Positions 1-14,319 of a stretch of DNA of 64,000 nucleotides are shown here, one piece after another. The notes under the pieces are model-generated. The model was not told the origin of the DNA, did not search any database, and worked only from the letters and a program-made list of their open reading frames with translations. The stretch covers positions 49,290,001 through 49,354,000 of the forward strand of contig CM060732.1 in NCBI GenBank assembly GCA_030704615.1, in the 5' to 3' direction. Within the stretch, counting starts at the first letter, position 1. Each line of letters opens with the position of its first letter. Both the position numbers and the translations under genes were made by a program. The DNA is from Takakia lepidozioides. Its lineage: Eukaryota; Plantae; Bryophyta.

Positions 1-191
1 TACGCAGCCAAAAATTGCAACCCTAACCAAAAAAAAAAAAAAAAAAAAACTAATCGCGCGTTGGAATCCTGACTGCCATGTGGCTGGCATCCTACCCTCC
101 AAAAATCAGGTTAATCGGTTAAAATCCGAGAAAAACAGAGCCGAAAAACCAAAACATTCGGCCGAAAATGGGTCGAATGGGCGCTTAGGGG
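1..191. mobile_element. Right end of a putative piggyBac-like (TTAA-flanked) DNA transposon, truncated by the window edge
   Basis: Ends ...GGGCGCTTAGGGG|TTAA (TTAA 192-195), the same GGG|TTAA terminus as the complete element at 5272-6080. The other end is outside the window. Confidence 0.35.
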
Positions 192-1108
192 TTAATGTTC
201 TTGGCATCTCTAGTGTAATAAGTAGAGTTTGCAGTACCCTTGCTTCAACAAAGTACTAACATTTTTCTCCCTTATGTCAATAATTTTCTTGAGGGTCACC
301 GTCCTCTCTTTAAAGGAAAAGAAAAAGAAAGTTCTAGATTAAGCTCCATTTAGTAGTTAAGTAGTAGCCCATTAAGCTCAAGTACTAGAGGATTCAATTA
401 GATCTACCGTAGTGTTAGTTATTGATCGAGAGTCTGGTGATGAGGTGGGCATTGGAATCATCTGAGCTCTGGCTCAATGAGGGGGGATAAGATCTCAAAG
501 CGAGGGCCCAACAGATAGTCCAGCCCTCCGCGAATAATCCATTTTGCTTTCTCACATTGCCGGGTGTGTTTGGGCTGTGGAGTCTTCCTGGAGTCTTGGG
601 TGTCTCTCTTTGACTTCTATTTTTGTCTCTCGATGTCTCTAAAGAAAGGCTCAGCACTTGACAGATTTGTCTTTGTTGGAGAATAGTGCCTGGAAGTCTG
701 ATCAACGCGTGTAGTTCGAGCTTTCAGGATGTGTCTCCAGGTGCTGCTTGGATGAGCTCACCATTGTGGGATTGCTAAGATGTTGCAACCATCGTGACTA
801 GGGATCTGTTCGATACAAGGTTTTGAACAGTCCCAACGGGTCTTGCAGGCCCGTGTGATTGGGAGAACGAGACAACATCGTGTGCCCGGATCAAGATAAT
901 GGAGCCGTGCCAGTAACCTTGAGTGCAGGTTCTCTGATCTAGAGTCATGGTAGGTCATGCTAGCTGGACGTGGTGATAGGTCGGCTGATAGCTTCTACCA
1001 CCCTAGCCTGCACTACAGCATAGTATAATTTAAGTCAATCGACAGGGGATGGACAGGCTCGTGTAAGATCAGCAGCTGAACCAAGGGAGGATTTTTCATG
1101 GAGTTAAG

Positions 1109-4100
1109 ATGAACAGGATAATGCCTTCGATGGCCATGGCGCTCTACTTCAAGCTTTCGTGGGCCCTCTTGCTTTTTCTGTGCTCCATCGGACCTCTCTT
1201 TGGATCGGGAGCTCCCAGCACAGAGAGTCTTGAAAGTAAGTTGTTCTCCAGATCAGGCTTTCGGTTGTTGAAGTCCTGTAGATTCCGTACTTTCCACCAT
1301 TGATCAAAGTCTAGATCTAATGCCATAACTCAGTGTGCCGATTTCATGAAGCTTCTGTCTACGTTTGGAAGTTGGTGTTTATCAAGAATGGCTGTGATGA
1401 TCTTCCTGAGGTCGTCACGTCGCACGGACCTTCTCCGCTGGAAAGTGTATTACAAACCGTATGACTTCGCAGGCACGCCCTATCTGAACTTTCTGCAGCT
1501 TCGAAACTAGTACTCCGGGCCTACAAGGGTGCCTTCTTCTTTACCTTAGGCGAAAAATATGAACTGCAGAGTTTGGCCCTGGAACTTTGCAACCTGGGTG
1601 CAACCTAAATTCATGCGGCAGCCACTTGTGGGACCCCGTTGATGGGTTTTCTCCTCAGGGAGTTTCACACTTCAGTCGAACATTTAAATTAACGGAAGTG
1701 TAACGATTTCCCTGGATGCCTGGTCTGGCAATTCACTTGACTTTCTTTCAAGAACTCTATAGCTCCGCGCTTTCACACGTTGCGGACTACTTTCACCGAC
1801 TCGACTGTTCGACCCAGAAAATCTAGTTTTGATACGAAGTGTGGCGAGCCCACTAGGTCCAAGAGGTAGGCGTGCGCGTGGAGACAACAGTAAGGATCCC
1901 TTATAATCCAGGCCGGGTACCAAGTGACCAGTGCACTTTTTCAAGTCACGCTCGCTAGCAGGCTCCAAACCAAGCCTGACTGACCAGTGTCATGTTCAAT
2001 CCTGCACGGGTCCTGCACATGCACTTCTCTAATGGGCGTGTGCACAATGTTCAAGTGCTGCACTATATATGTATATCAATGTCTGGATTATAATTAACAA
2101 GATGTATATCTCTTTGCTTGCTGCAAGGACTCACGTTATAATTAGTCTGTCTCAAGTTGTATATTTTGGGTTGGTCCCAGCCGCAGCGCTCCTAGCATTG
2201 AGAGCCAAACTGGTCGACACCGACTCTCGTCTCCAGGACTGGGCAGGGGACGATCCGTGCAGCAGCCCTTGGTTGGGAGTTACTTGTGGATACCAGGATT
2301 CGAGCAATGTGTCTCACGTGACTGAGCTGTATGTTCACTCTTACGACTCACGGCCAAGTAACATCTTTTTAGCCAGGCACTCTGTTTACTCCCTAGAACA
2401 TTGCAGGGGGAAGCATACTTCTTGCGTGTTTGAACCTAGATTATTTAGAAACTAAGTTCAATGTTTGGACTCTCTTGTTCCTCTTTCTCATAGTCTCGGT
2501 TAATAAGTCTACGTAATCCATGCATAATCTACTTGAATCTAAATATTGGAACTTCAACTTTAGCTCGGTCCAGGCTCATTGTAGGCTTCTGGACATGCAA
2601 TGTATCAATTGGATCTTGAACTGGAATCTTTCTAGTGAATAGAAATCAGTCATTTTTCATAGAGAGGTTCAGTGTTTGTGGCTAAAACTATAATAAATTA
2701 AAGTTTCTGTAGGAAGTGCTTGATTTTTGAAACCTGGTGTTAGCAATTTGTCAGGGATGCTTGCTCTGTAGAACGTCAATGTTGTATGGTATCCTGGTTC
2801 CAGCTCAATTTGTTCATTGATCAATTCGGGATCCTGAAGGGAGGGAATCGTTATGTGGGTCCTACAGGCTGCTAGCAAGCCTCAATTTGGGGGGTGAATT
2901 GGCACCGGAACTTGGGAATATCACATATCTTACAATTTTGTACGTACCTCGTCTTCTCTCTCTCTCTTTTTCCTCAATCTCTTTGTCATTGATTTTCTTC
3001 CGCACAGAGCAAGTTTCTTCAGCCTTTTCGGCGCGCAAACTTTGTTCACTAGCCATTTTATTGCTGCGTTCTCACATCTCATTTAAACGAGGTGATTTGG
3101 ACGATACTTCACCCTGTCGTCTTTGTGAGGTCCAATTTCAATCTCATACTGCATCGGTGCATCTGTTGCTCAGGAATATCAATGGCAATCACATACAGGG
3201 AAGCATTCCGTCGTCCTTTGGAAAGTTAAAGCAACTTAGACTGCTGTGAGTCACAACCTCCTAAAATCTCCTCACACACATGCATATATAAGGTCTACAA
3301 TGTGATCTTGAACTATAACTAGATCAGTCGAAGCCTACAGGCTCATCGGTGGGACAAATGACAAGTTTTGCACGATTTGAAGATGCAGGTATGTACCTCA
3401 AGGAGGGAATTGCCTTCGAGGTACTTTACACCTTATTACATGATGTAACTTGTTACACTGCAACTCAAAAGCTCAATGTCTGGTGCTCAAAGTTGTCGGT
3501 TAAGTTACTAGGTGGCTGTTAAAGAGTAGTCGGCTGTTACTGATGAATCCGGTTGTTACACATGTGGCTGCCAGAGTGGTGAATAACAACCTCTTGTCAG
3601 GGGAGGTTGCTCCAGAGCTTGGATTTCTTCCCAACCTGAGAAGATTTCAAATCAATGATAACCAGATATCTGGGCCAATTCCATCTTCCTTTCAGAATCT
3701 TACTACTCTTATGCATTTGTAAGTACGATTCTGTTTGTGCACTGATCTGATGTCTGCTCGTTTGAAGTCATGTAGCGCGCGCGTGTCCTTAAGGATTCCT
3801 CAGCTTGGCCGTATGTCTGCCAGTTGACAAGCTAGTCTTTTGTCTCGTAGTACATGCTTGTGCATGCTTGCTCGCCGTTTCTGTATCAATGCGAGGTTAC
3901 GAGAATCACACATGTACATATGCGAGTTCCTGCAGGCACATGAGCAACAATTTGTTAAGCGGTTCGATACCAAGTGGGCTAGGCCAGCTCAAGCACTTAC
4001 TTCATGTGTGAGTTTTATAAATGCTTGCAATCTTTTTGTAATTGCGCCCCATGAATTCCTGTCGGTGCCCAAGTGCTAGTATGTCATTCGCTCTTTTGAG

Positions 4101-7100
4101 AAAGCTGTTCAAAGCCATTTCATAGCACTTGACATACCATTACCCAGCATGGAAGGGAGTTGTCAATACCTAGATCATTACTCTTAAGTGCCACTAGGGT
4201 AGCGTGCAGTATGCATCCTGAAATTTTCTGACCGCATGATGGACAGCTACTTCACGCAACTGTTAATCTGAAGTACTTAGTGATTCTGGTACAGGCGTAA
4301 ATGTGGATCAATTGAATTTTGATACTTATGAAGTAGCCTTTATTTTGAAATGCAGACTGCTGGACAACAATCAAATATCTGGTCCACTACCAGACGACCT
4401 CACCAGCATTCCATCTTTAACAATCGTGTAAGTTAGCGAAGCCCTCGCATACTACCGTCCTGCGCTTTCTCTTGTTTCATTCGCATACCGGATCCTGGCA
4501 AGCAGGACCCTAGATGGATCGTCTCCTTGTACATACCTGACTTTCACATGCACAGATCTATGTGCAGGGTTGAGATCTAGTACATATGAACACGCTGATG
4601 ATTGTTCGGTATTGCAGACAACTTGATGATAACGCACTCGAGACTACTATTCCTCAAAGTTGGGGTCGGAGTTTGTCGCTATTGAAACTGTGAGTTGGGT
4701 TCATTCCTTCACTAAACTCCTCTTCCGTCAAGGGCCCGACATCCAGCAGATCTTGGGTTCAAAAGTCACATAGGTATGATATGTTGGATGTCACCGTTAT
4801 AGCCAACCCACCTATAATTTGTGTTACCTTAGGACTTTCGAGGCTTGGGAGAGGTTTGGGTGGCATAACAGCCCTTCAATGTTGGGCTGTTATTTAAATT
4901 TCTCTCTAATACGAGGTAGTTATCGGGTTATACATGTATATGACCAGTGCAATACATTGGGATTTATCCACTCCATTGAGAGCAAGTAGAGAACCTGAGA
5001 CGTGAAAAATGAAGTAACCTGTTCATTTAGGAACCGGATAGGTCAGGCATTCAAACAACCAAACAAATAACCTTCTAAAGAACCGCCAATACCTGCAGTA
5101 ATTTGATGAAAACCGCTGGTTATTTACGGTTTTTGCAGGTAACCCAAACCACAGGTTGTATCTAGCCATGATATAAATCTTAATAACCTCAACCGCAAGT
5201 TATAAAATTTGAAGAAATTGGAAGTGCCTGTTAATAAAAAGATTAGATAATCGCCTAACACTGGTCTTTAACCCTTAAGTTCCCAAGCCCTTTTTTGACT
5301 TTTTACCAATTTTGGGTACTCAGCTGCAGTAAATTGCCCCTAGAAACCTACCAAACATCATCCACAGATTCCAGCCTTATAGCAATGGGCCCAGCTCATT
5401 TATGCATGACATACCAAAAAATGAGCCAAGTCCACCGTAATCGTGAGGTTATAGCGCCTCAAATATCAGGTCCCAAGGAAAAAGTGAGAAAGAAATTGGT
5501 TTGACCAAATCAAAACCTATCTTTATCCAATTTTGCTTGCCCCAAGACCCACCATTTCCAAATCAATAGTGGAGTGGCCATGACCCCACTAAATTGCAGG
5601 TCCAACTGATTTTTTCACCTATGCTTGCTATGCATGCAATTACATGGGGGTTGAAATCTCAAAATTGACAAGAGAAAATGTGCCTCCAAATGAAGTACTT
5701 TTTCTTCTACAAATTTTTTAAAAACCAAGTGTGGATGTGTGTATGTAATGCTCACACACCACAAGGTGTAGTGTTTTTTCCCAAATTGCTAATTTTCTGC
5801 TAAAAATGGCCTTTGGAGTGCAATCTGTTTTGGGCTTGTTTACTGCCACGTCAGGGGTCAACAGCCCTTTTCAGGCCCCAATATCTAAATGAGAGATCTA
5901 AGATATTTTTTGTAAGTCGCAGCTTTTGTTTTTTTTTAAATTTGTTTTTTTCATCATACTCTAGACAAATCCCTTGTCAATAAAGCTTGGGGAGTGGGCC
6001 CCATCAGATTAGATCTGCAAAAATTAGGTCGAACTGCAAATTCAAAGTGACCCGATTCAGGTAGCTTGGGAACTTTAGGGTTAACAGAAGGCATGGATGA
6101 ACTTTGAATGAACTTCCCAACGGAAGGCAGTACCTTCGGATGAGTCAGTTTCCATTTATGTATTTTTCCCTTCGGGGTTCTCAGACCTCCAACTTACATC
6201 TGTGTGCACTTTGGAATAAAGTTCCCTTGCTGGATTTCCTACTCCGCTGATCAGTGGGCTGATACGAAAGTAGCTGACGTGTTACTGACCTACGTACCAA
6301 GTGTTGTAATACTCTGAAGGTCATAAAGCTCGCTGTGGATGCAGTAGCCTGAGGAGCTGCGGGTTGACAGGCATCATACCAGACCTTAGTGGACTGAGAA
6401 ATATGACATATCTGTAAGTACGTCATTACTTCTACAGGTCTTGGATTTTACCAGTTAAAGTCTCCTTATTAGACTTTTCAATGCCCATTCTGGTCCATCT
6501 CTCCACACGGTCCTAGTGGAGAGATATCTATCTTTCTTTGCTTTACCGCAAACTTGCTCAGGATTTGAAATGTGCGATAAAACTTTAGCATTTTTAGAAT
6601 ATTAATGCTGGAATGTTGTTCTTGTAGGGATCTGAGCAACAACAGTCTCACGGGCTTCTCACCAGACAATTTAGCACAATCAATCCTGATGATGTATGAC
6701 AAAATTTTGGTTGCGTTAATGCTCCTGCAAAACGAAGTACCTTCTATTTTAGTAGATGTCGAGACTCCAAAAAACACATGGACTGGAGATCGACGTATTA
6801 TGCCAGCTACTTGAACCTTCAGAACTGTGCAGTCATTACTTTTGACGACTTTGCAGTGGATAAGTCAGTGCTAGATAAGTAAGAGTTTAGGTAAGTAAAA
6901 TTTGATGCCAACTTCAGCACTCGATATTCTATAGTGGGTGCGATTCCATATCTCTTCTATATTCTTGAAACCAGTGCTTTATGAACATGGAGCACATTCT
7001 TGAATCGAAAGACCCTCGCTAGAGAGCTGATCTACAGAAAGGAGAAGAAAGAGAGAGTGCCACTCAACGAAAGCTTGACATTATACGTAACAAGAGTCAG

Positions 7101-10100
7101 TACTAACTGCTTGCTCAAGAGTTGAATGCGCCTTTGTCGCAGAGGTCGTTAATTGATCTTCCTCACTCTTACCTTTGTTACTGTTGAACTTGTGTTGTAC
7201 AGAGATATTTCATACAACCAGTTGCAAGGACCCATACCCAACAGCTATGGTCAGCTTAATAATCTGCAGGCATTGTAAGTTCCGGCCTTCTTATACTCTC
7301 CTTATACTTCTTCTAGTCTCCAGTTCTTTGTTCAAACATAATTATCAAGTTTGATACTGGCAGATTCCGGCCTTACTTTTCGTCAAGGACAGAGAGACAA
7401 AATGTGGACCAATTTGAGCTTCAGCATTTGGACTCCTAACATTGGCTAGGAAATGCCCTTCCGGGCATAAGTCCCTCTGGAATGCTTTCGAGGAGTCTGC
7501 ATTGAAACCAAGCCGATAATTGGTATAGCCCTCACGCAGCTCTATGCACCCCAATCCAGGAGCAGGGCTAGATCGATCTACATCGATTGACATGATCAGC
7601 CATGTACTTGTAGACCTATATCTAGAAAGCACGATTGATGAACTATCATCTGTACTACTACTCTAATTCTCGGGTGTCGACCTGGCACTCCCGAAACGGG
7701 GCAATAGGCAAAGGTAAAGTTACGCCATATTCTTCGGCCGGAGTCTTCTCTCTTCCACTCCTACCAGTCACCCTGTTGTGCCAATGTAGGTCGCTCAAAT
7801 GCATACAAGAGGGAGATCATATAGATGTCAAAGCTGATCTGCAGTGCACTGGCTCCTCTAAGTTGGAATGGGTGCTGGTCTGTATTGCGTAGGAAACTCG
7901 AGAACAATAATTTCAGTGGAACAGTCCCAGCGTCCCTCGGAACTGCGGCGACTTTCAGTAATGAGGACTTGCTGGTTAATATGTAAGTGCGCTACCCAGA
8001 TGGAAACACTGAATCGTTCTATGCTGAGGGTCAATCTGAGTCTTGAGAAAAGTTGCAGCATTGCCTGATTGTGAACGTGTCCTGTACATAAAGTTTCTTC
8101 AGATAGAACATATGTACACATGAGTCTTGTGATCGCAAAATCTTCGTCACCCAGGTTGTGGTCGGTTCATCTTCAGGAACCTGTCCTTATGTGAATAGAG
8201 TCTGGACAGTTGCGATATGTAGACTTGTCAGGTTGAATTTTCTCTTTTCTGCCATGGCGCGTGCCTGTACGTGAGACTGGTCGGGTCAACATGACTCGAA
8301 TTCGTGTGCCGTATCGATCGCACGCAGAAATCTGGAGAACAACAATCTTGGCGACCTAGTTTCCGGTGCCTTATACCAAGCGGCGAGTATTGATCGAAAT
8401 TTGTCAATCTGGTACGCAAACTTTTCAGCTTTGAAAATATCTAGAGCTCCGATGGACCCTCGGGGTCCAGTGGAGAACGTTCCAAAATTACTTTCCTTTT
8501 CGGACTTATTTTCTTAAGTGGTTTGTTCTACCGTGTCCAGGGGCCTTGCGGGCCCGTGTGGATGTTCTACGTTTATATCGAAAACTTTGAGATCTCTTTC
8601 TTTCCCTTCTTCCTGATTACTCTATGTGCATGGACGTTGTGGATTCAGGTTGGCCGGGAACCCACTGTGCAATCGCAGCGCACCAGACATTCAAAATGCA
8701 TTCTGCAGCAGATTTGCAAATAGTACTGTAGCATCGACATTGGTCCCATTATACGATAGGAGGTCCATGACCCAGTGCATGTGCAAGTCTCCGGAGGTTC
8801 AAGTACCCAACACTAGCGAGTGTCTATGTGCGAGACCAGTCACCATTGTGATTGAGCTCTTGAGCCCGGGCTTTCCCTACTTCGACTCCTCCTACCTCGC
8901 CAGATTCACATACTTCATTGCCCAAATGCTGTCTTTTTCGAACTCTTCCCAAACTGTGCTCTTATTAAGTTCCGACTGGAAGCCTGGACCCCGGCTGGAG
9001 ACAACCCTCCAACTATTTCCTCCTGCTGGTGCCCCCTGGAATCAATCTGACCTGGACAAGCTCTACGATAACTTGGCGAACTATAAGCTGCCAGTGGGAC
9101 TCGAAATTGACCCTCAGCACCTGATCTATGGGCCGTATTTACTGGTTCTTTGGGGAAGTATAGGTAAAGTAACTCTTTCGTCTGGAAAGCTGGTTTGTCA
9201 GCTTCTCTCAGCACTCCATGCCATTTTCTTTTAGCGGGGCCCATTTCCATTTTGTTCTGGAACGAGTGCTGACGCTGAAAACACTAAGGCTCGAGGAGGA
9301 TCAAGAGTACTTACACTTTCTGGAGCCTAGAAGATGTCAACCTGACCTCGTTGATGGGGTACGGAGACAAACAGCACCCTCGAGCGATCACCTGCGGAAC
9401 AGTAGGAAGAGAGGCCCACGTGTACACAACCATATCGTAAAGTTAGAAAGATAATATATATATTTGTTCACAATTTAATCTGTTCGCATCGTTGAAAGTA
9501 GGAAGAGCTGACAATTGTCTGCCAACTGGTCTGAATACTGACAGTTGATCTATCTCATTTGTCATTCAGGTGTTCAATCAACTGGCTCCTCCAAGGGCTT
9601 GACGCCAGGAGCTGTGGCGGGGATTGTGATTGCCTGCAGTGTGAGCACAGCTGTTATCATGGCAGTCACTATTTTGCTCTTTCTAAGGAAAAGAGGGTGG
9701 TTACTCACTTCCAAAGGACACAAACTAAGTGAGTACACATCATCGCCTGTAGAGATATATGTACTCAAGATTCGCTCAAAACATTTGTACCTCGAGATTG
9801 TGGATCAATTGGTGTTCTTCTTCGTGTTCTTCAGCTCGTCCATCCTCCTCCACTAAGTACTCAACTTACTGCACATGTTCTAAGAAAATAATGTGACGTG
9901 ATTTTGCAGTGAACAGAACAAAAATGATGTCGGGGATGAACATTACAGGGTTGAAGGCTTTCACTTTCGGAGAATTGCAAACTGCAACACAGAAATTCAG
10001 TCAAGAGATTGGGGAAGGGGGGTATGGCAAGGTGTACAAAGGAATATTAGACGATGGGCAGGTTGTTGCAGTAAAGCGCGCCCATGGAGGGGCTATGCTA

Positions 10101-12090
10101 GTCTCCCGGGCATTCTACACTGAGATAGAGCTCTTGTCACGAGTGCATCATAAGGATCTTGTCTCCCTCATTGGCTTCTGCGATGATGAGGGTGAGCAGG
10201 TCAGCAAATCTTTACCATCTGATATCTGTCATTTCAAGACCAGATTTATGATGATGAATGTCCACCGAAGAGGTAGACTAGATATATGTAACTAGTCTTA
10301 GCATCCATCATTCCAGCGAACAGTATATAAACAGCAAGACAAGAAAGGACTTCAGAAAATTGAAATTAGACAGATCTATACATATGTGAATCTAAACCAT
10401 TTAGCACACATTGCCCCACAGGCATCACTTACGCATGTGGGCCACTCATATCTGTATGTGACCGTGTATCTCATGGTGTGTGCGCAGATGCTGGTGTACG
10501 AGTTCATGGCAGGCGGAACTGTTAGAGATCACCTGGCTCGTAAGCACTGTCACTAAGAGTCTAAAATGGTGGTTTCTTCTAATTGCAGGGACCAGACAGT
10601 GTTGATACGTACATATATAGATCAAGAAGTCAAACTTGTCTGCATCCATGGAGATAGATTGCTTTTGAAGAGGGTCGAAATGATACCGGTGTGACTATGA
10701 CCGCTCGACATGTGGGTATTCGTGCTGATCGTCCGGAATCGTGCTGATGACCAGATTTTTAGGTCAGTGACATCCTGTTTGATTGAGTGGCTTTGGCAGC
10801 GTCGGTATCAATGCACTTCACCACGCGCCTTATGATCGCTCTGGCGACTGCTCGAGGCCTCCACTATCTCCACAACTATGCGAAGCCGCCAATTTATCAT
10901 CGCGACATCAAGGCAGGGAATATCCTACTGGACCGGCATTTCAATGCCAAGGTTGCAGATTTTGGTCTGTCAAAGGCGAAGCCTACAACCCAACCAGGCA
11001 CAGATGACAAAGATCACATCTCTACAGCGGTGAAGGGCACTCCCGTAAGTTACATTCAGAGTAGGACTCAAATCTCTCATCATGTGTTGTTTGTTCAACT
11101 TACTGCTACGACAAACCACGACCCAGCTTATCTCGCACCAGAGCTCTGAATTTGAGAGCTCTCGAAGCTGCAGCTAGTACCTGTTTCTGTCTGACTATTA
11201 GGCTGGATCAACCTCTCTAACGTCCGACAAACGTGACACCGCACGGGTGCAGGGATACCTGGATCCAATGTACTTCTTGACACAGAAGTTGACCGATAAG
11301 GCCGATGTCTATAGCTATGGCATCGTGCTGATGGAGCTCATCACTGGCTTGCAACCCATCTACCACGGGAAGAACCTTGCAAGAGAGGTATGTGCCGCAC
11401 TTGATTAGCTGACGCCACTTGAGCATACAGCATCACTTATACCCTCAAACACTCCAATGGCACTGCACACATTTAGCTGATGGCAGAACAGGTCACTGAA
11501 GTTTGGAGATACCTACACCTGGACCTTAAACACGAGATTACATATGACATATATGCATAAACTTTGTTTTGCTAACGAACTCGTACATTTCTACATCCAG
11601 AAGGTGTGTATGTAAAGTTCAAGCTCTCAGTCAGTGCTGAAAGTTCAATTACGGAATGGCTTGCTAGAGAGCTTACAGAATCCGAATTTAGTTGGCCGTC
11701 CTCTGTCCGTGTCTCCTCCCTCTTACCCCGCATAATGTATTTGGGGGACCCGTGCAGGTGTTCCTGGCATCGAACGAAGGAAGGATGCTAGATCTCGTAG
11801 ACCCTGACATGCCCTCCTATCCGCCCACAGCACTAGATGAACTGGTGGATCTGGCACTCTCATGCTGCAAGGATGATCCAGAGTGTCGCCCGAGCATGGG
11901 GGAGGTGGTACGGACTTTAGAGGATATACAACGCATGACAGAGCCCTGGTCGATTTCAGTGGAACTTGGGGATCCAGCCCTTCACGCATCACCTGAACAA
12001 TTCAGGCTGCCAAACTCCCCCCCTCAGTTGTCGTCAGAAGATGTCCGTGGGGCCTTAAGAGAGAGTATTGAAAACCTGGGAGGAAGATGA
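1109..12090 (+). CDS. LRR receptor-like Ser/Thr kinase (LRR-VIII-1-like), 20 exons, apparently intact
   Basis: Exons by GT-AG and frame: 1109-1235, 2181-2328, 2868-2939, 3174-3245, 3575-3718, 3936-4007, 4356-4427, 4618-4689, 6345-6413, 6628-6693, 7203-7274, 7893-7982, 8328-8411, 8649-9163, 9570-9728, 9910-10199, 10488-10539, 10800-11044, 11253-11387, 11758-12090. Signal peptide, LRRNT (DW..DDPC..PWLGVTC), ~72-bp one-LRR exons, GNPLC cap, TM helix ([25 protein letters not shown]), kinase motifs [34 protein letters not shown]. Start could be 1109 or 1121. Confidence 0.93.
5272..6080. mobile_element. Non-autonomous piggyBac-like element (809 bp) in RLK intron 8
   Basis: TTAA on both sides (5268-5271, 6081-6084). 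17-bp TIRs CCCTTAAGTTCCCAAGC / GCTTGGGAACTTTAGGG with 1 mismatch. No coding capacity. Confidence 0.75.
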
Positions 12091-12357
12091 GTTCTACGAT
12101 TGAACATTCAATGCTGATTCGTTTCAGGAACCCAACGGCACAAACTAACCCCGATCGATCAGCAAGACGACGGAAACTACAGTGTTCCCATACTTTGTAC
12201 AGTTACCTCATGTCAGTTTGTAAATAAAAGCTTTGGAGGGTTACAAACTCTGGCTCGCAGAGAGAACTAATTAAATTATATCAGGACGTGGGGCACTGAG
12301 CCAATGGGAACATGACCAAGAGAAGGGAGTCAAGAGAATATAGACAGAATTGATATA

Positions 12358-12620
12358 AACAGAATTGAGCTGTGAAGGGCTAGAAGAAACTGGGGACAGA
12401 AAAATCCAGAAAGGGAGAGAGAGCTGCATAATGAAGAGAATCTCACTATGCTATAGCAGCAAGCAACAGAATTGAGCTGTGAAGGGCTAGAAGAAACTGG
12501 GGACAGAAAAATCCAGAAAGGGAGAGAGAGCTGCATAATGAAGAGAATCTCATTATGATATATATGGCAGCAAGCAACAGAACTAGCTGTGAAGAGCTAG
12601 ATGAAACTGAGGCCAGAAAA
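12358..12620. repeat. ~107-bp tandem duplication (two near-identical units plus a degenerate third)
   Basis: AGAATTGAGCTGTGAAGGGCTAGAAGAAACTGGGGACAG... at 12361 and 12468; degenerate copy near 12579. Confidence 0.85.
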
Positions 12621-12754
12621 GCCAAGAGGCCCGACTAGCTAAGAGGTAAGGAGTCTGAAAGGCAAGAGGGCAGCATAATGAAAAGACTGTTACTATGCTA
12701 TGGCATCAGAATCACAATTTGAGCTGTGTTTAGAGTTAAAAGTCCCGTGTGCAC

Positions 12755-13805
12755 GATCAGGTGCTCGTTTTTCTACTCTGGTCATTTTTACAATGTGCTC
12801 GAACACTTCTAAGGTGCGTTCGTTTCTACACGGCGCTTGTTTCCACATGGTGCTCGTCTCTAAGCTGGTGCCCTTGTTTCTACCTGTGCTCGTTTCTATG
12901 CTGGTGCGCTCGTTTCTATGTGCGCTTGTTTCTAAGCTGGTGCGCTCGTTTCTACCCCGTCGTACATTTCTAAGGTGTGCTCGTTTTTGCCGTTGCTCAT
13001 TTCTAAAGTGCGCCCGTGTCCACGCGGTGCACTTTTCTAAGCTGGTGCGCTCGTTCTCTACGGTGCTCTCGTTTCTACCGGTGCGCGTTTCTATCGGTGC
13101 CTTTCTACCGGTGCTCGTTTCTAAGCTGGTGTGCTCGTTCTCTAATGTGCTCGTTTTTAAGGTGTCGTTCGTTTCTACCGGTGCTCGCTCGTTTCCAAGG
13201 TGCGCTCGTTTCTACGCTGGTGCGTTCGTTTCCACACGGTGCTCGTTTCTAAGCTAGTGCGCTCGTTTCCATCCGCCGCTCGTTTCTATGCTAGTGTGCT
13301 CGGGTCCTAAGCTGGTGCGCTCGTTTCCAAAGTACACTCGTTTCTATGCTAGTGCGCTCGTTTCCAAGGTGCGCTCGTTTCTATGATAGTGCGCTCGTTT
13401 CCACACGGTGCTTGTTTCTAAGCTAGTGCACTCGTTCTCAACGGTGCTCGTTTCTAAGCTATTGCGCTCGTTTCCAAGGTGCGCTCGTGTCCACACGGTA
13501 CTCGTTTCTAAGCTGGTGCGCTCGTTCTCTACGGTGCTCGTTTCTATGGTGTGTTCGTTTCTACCTTCGTTTCTACCTGTGCGCGTTTCTAAGCTAGTGC
13601 GCTCATTTCCACATGGCGCTAGTTTCCAAGATGCGCTCGTTTCTATGCAAGCGCGCTAGTATCCACACGGTGCTCGTTTCTAAGCTGGTGCGCTCGTTCT
13701 CTACAGTGCTCTTTTGTAAGGTGCGCTCGTTCTACCGGTGCTCATTTCTAAGCTAGTGCGCTCATGTCCACACGCTCATGTCCACACGGTGCTCGTTTCT
13801 ACACA
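12755..13805. repeat. Degenerate minisatellite, ~16-22 bp units (GGTGCGCTCGTTTCTAAGCT-like)
   Basis: Dozens of GCTCGTTTC[TC]A cores. The ORFs here are repeat translations (LVSKLVRSF). Confidence 0.9.
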
Positions 13806-13834
13806 ATGTTCCTCTCTAGGGTCTACAAGGTGTA

Positions 13835-14205
13835 TGTCCATATATACATTATATGCAGAAATAAGCTGAAAATTATAGATTACAATTCAATTGAATTGTG
13901 AGTTGACGAATTACAAATTTACAATTCAATTGAATTGTAGTCAACAATTCAAATTAAGGTTGTTTTTAACATGTTTTAGCAGTTCAATTGAATTACAAAT
14001 TTACAATTCATTTGAATTATAGTCAACAATTGAAATTAAGTTTGTTTTCGAACTAGTTTTAGCAATTCAATTGAATTACAAATTTACAATTGAATTGAAT
14101 TATAGTCAACAATTCAAGTTAAGGTTGTTTTTGAACTACTTTTAGCAATTTAATTGAATTGTGTACTTTTAGGGGGGGGGAGGTGATCAAGTGAATTGCG
14201 ATGGA
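13835..14205. mobile_element. Single arm of the AATTCAATTG-rich foldback/TIR family also seen at 29718-30963
   Basis: Shares ATAGATTACAATTCAATTGAATTG and TTTTAGGGGG..GTGATCAAGTGAATTGCGATG with the right TIR at 30607-30963. Confidence 0.7.
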
Positions 14206-14319
14206 GAGAAGTTTGCATGAGAGAAAAACTAATTATTATGTTTAACTTCGAACCGTCCCTCTTGACATGCTGGCATGAAACGACGACGACTTTGGCAACC
14301 ACAACAATAAAACTGGTAG

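Noticed and set aside
12700-13659. ORFs of 74-185 aa with LVSKLVRSF repeats; possible CRISPR-like array
   Set aside because: These are translations of a minisatellite. Units are contiguous with no unique spacers, there are no cas genes, and the context is eukaryotic.
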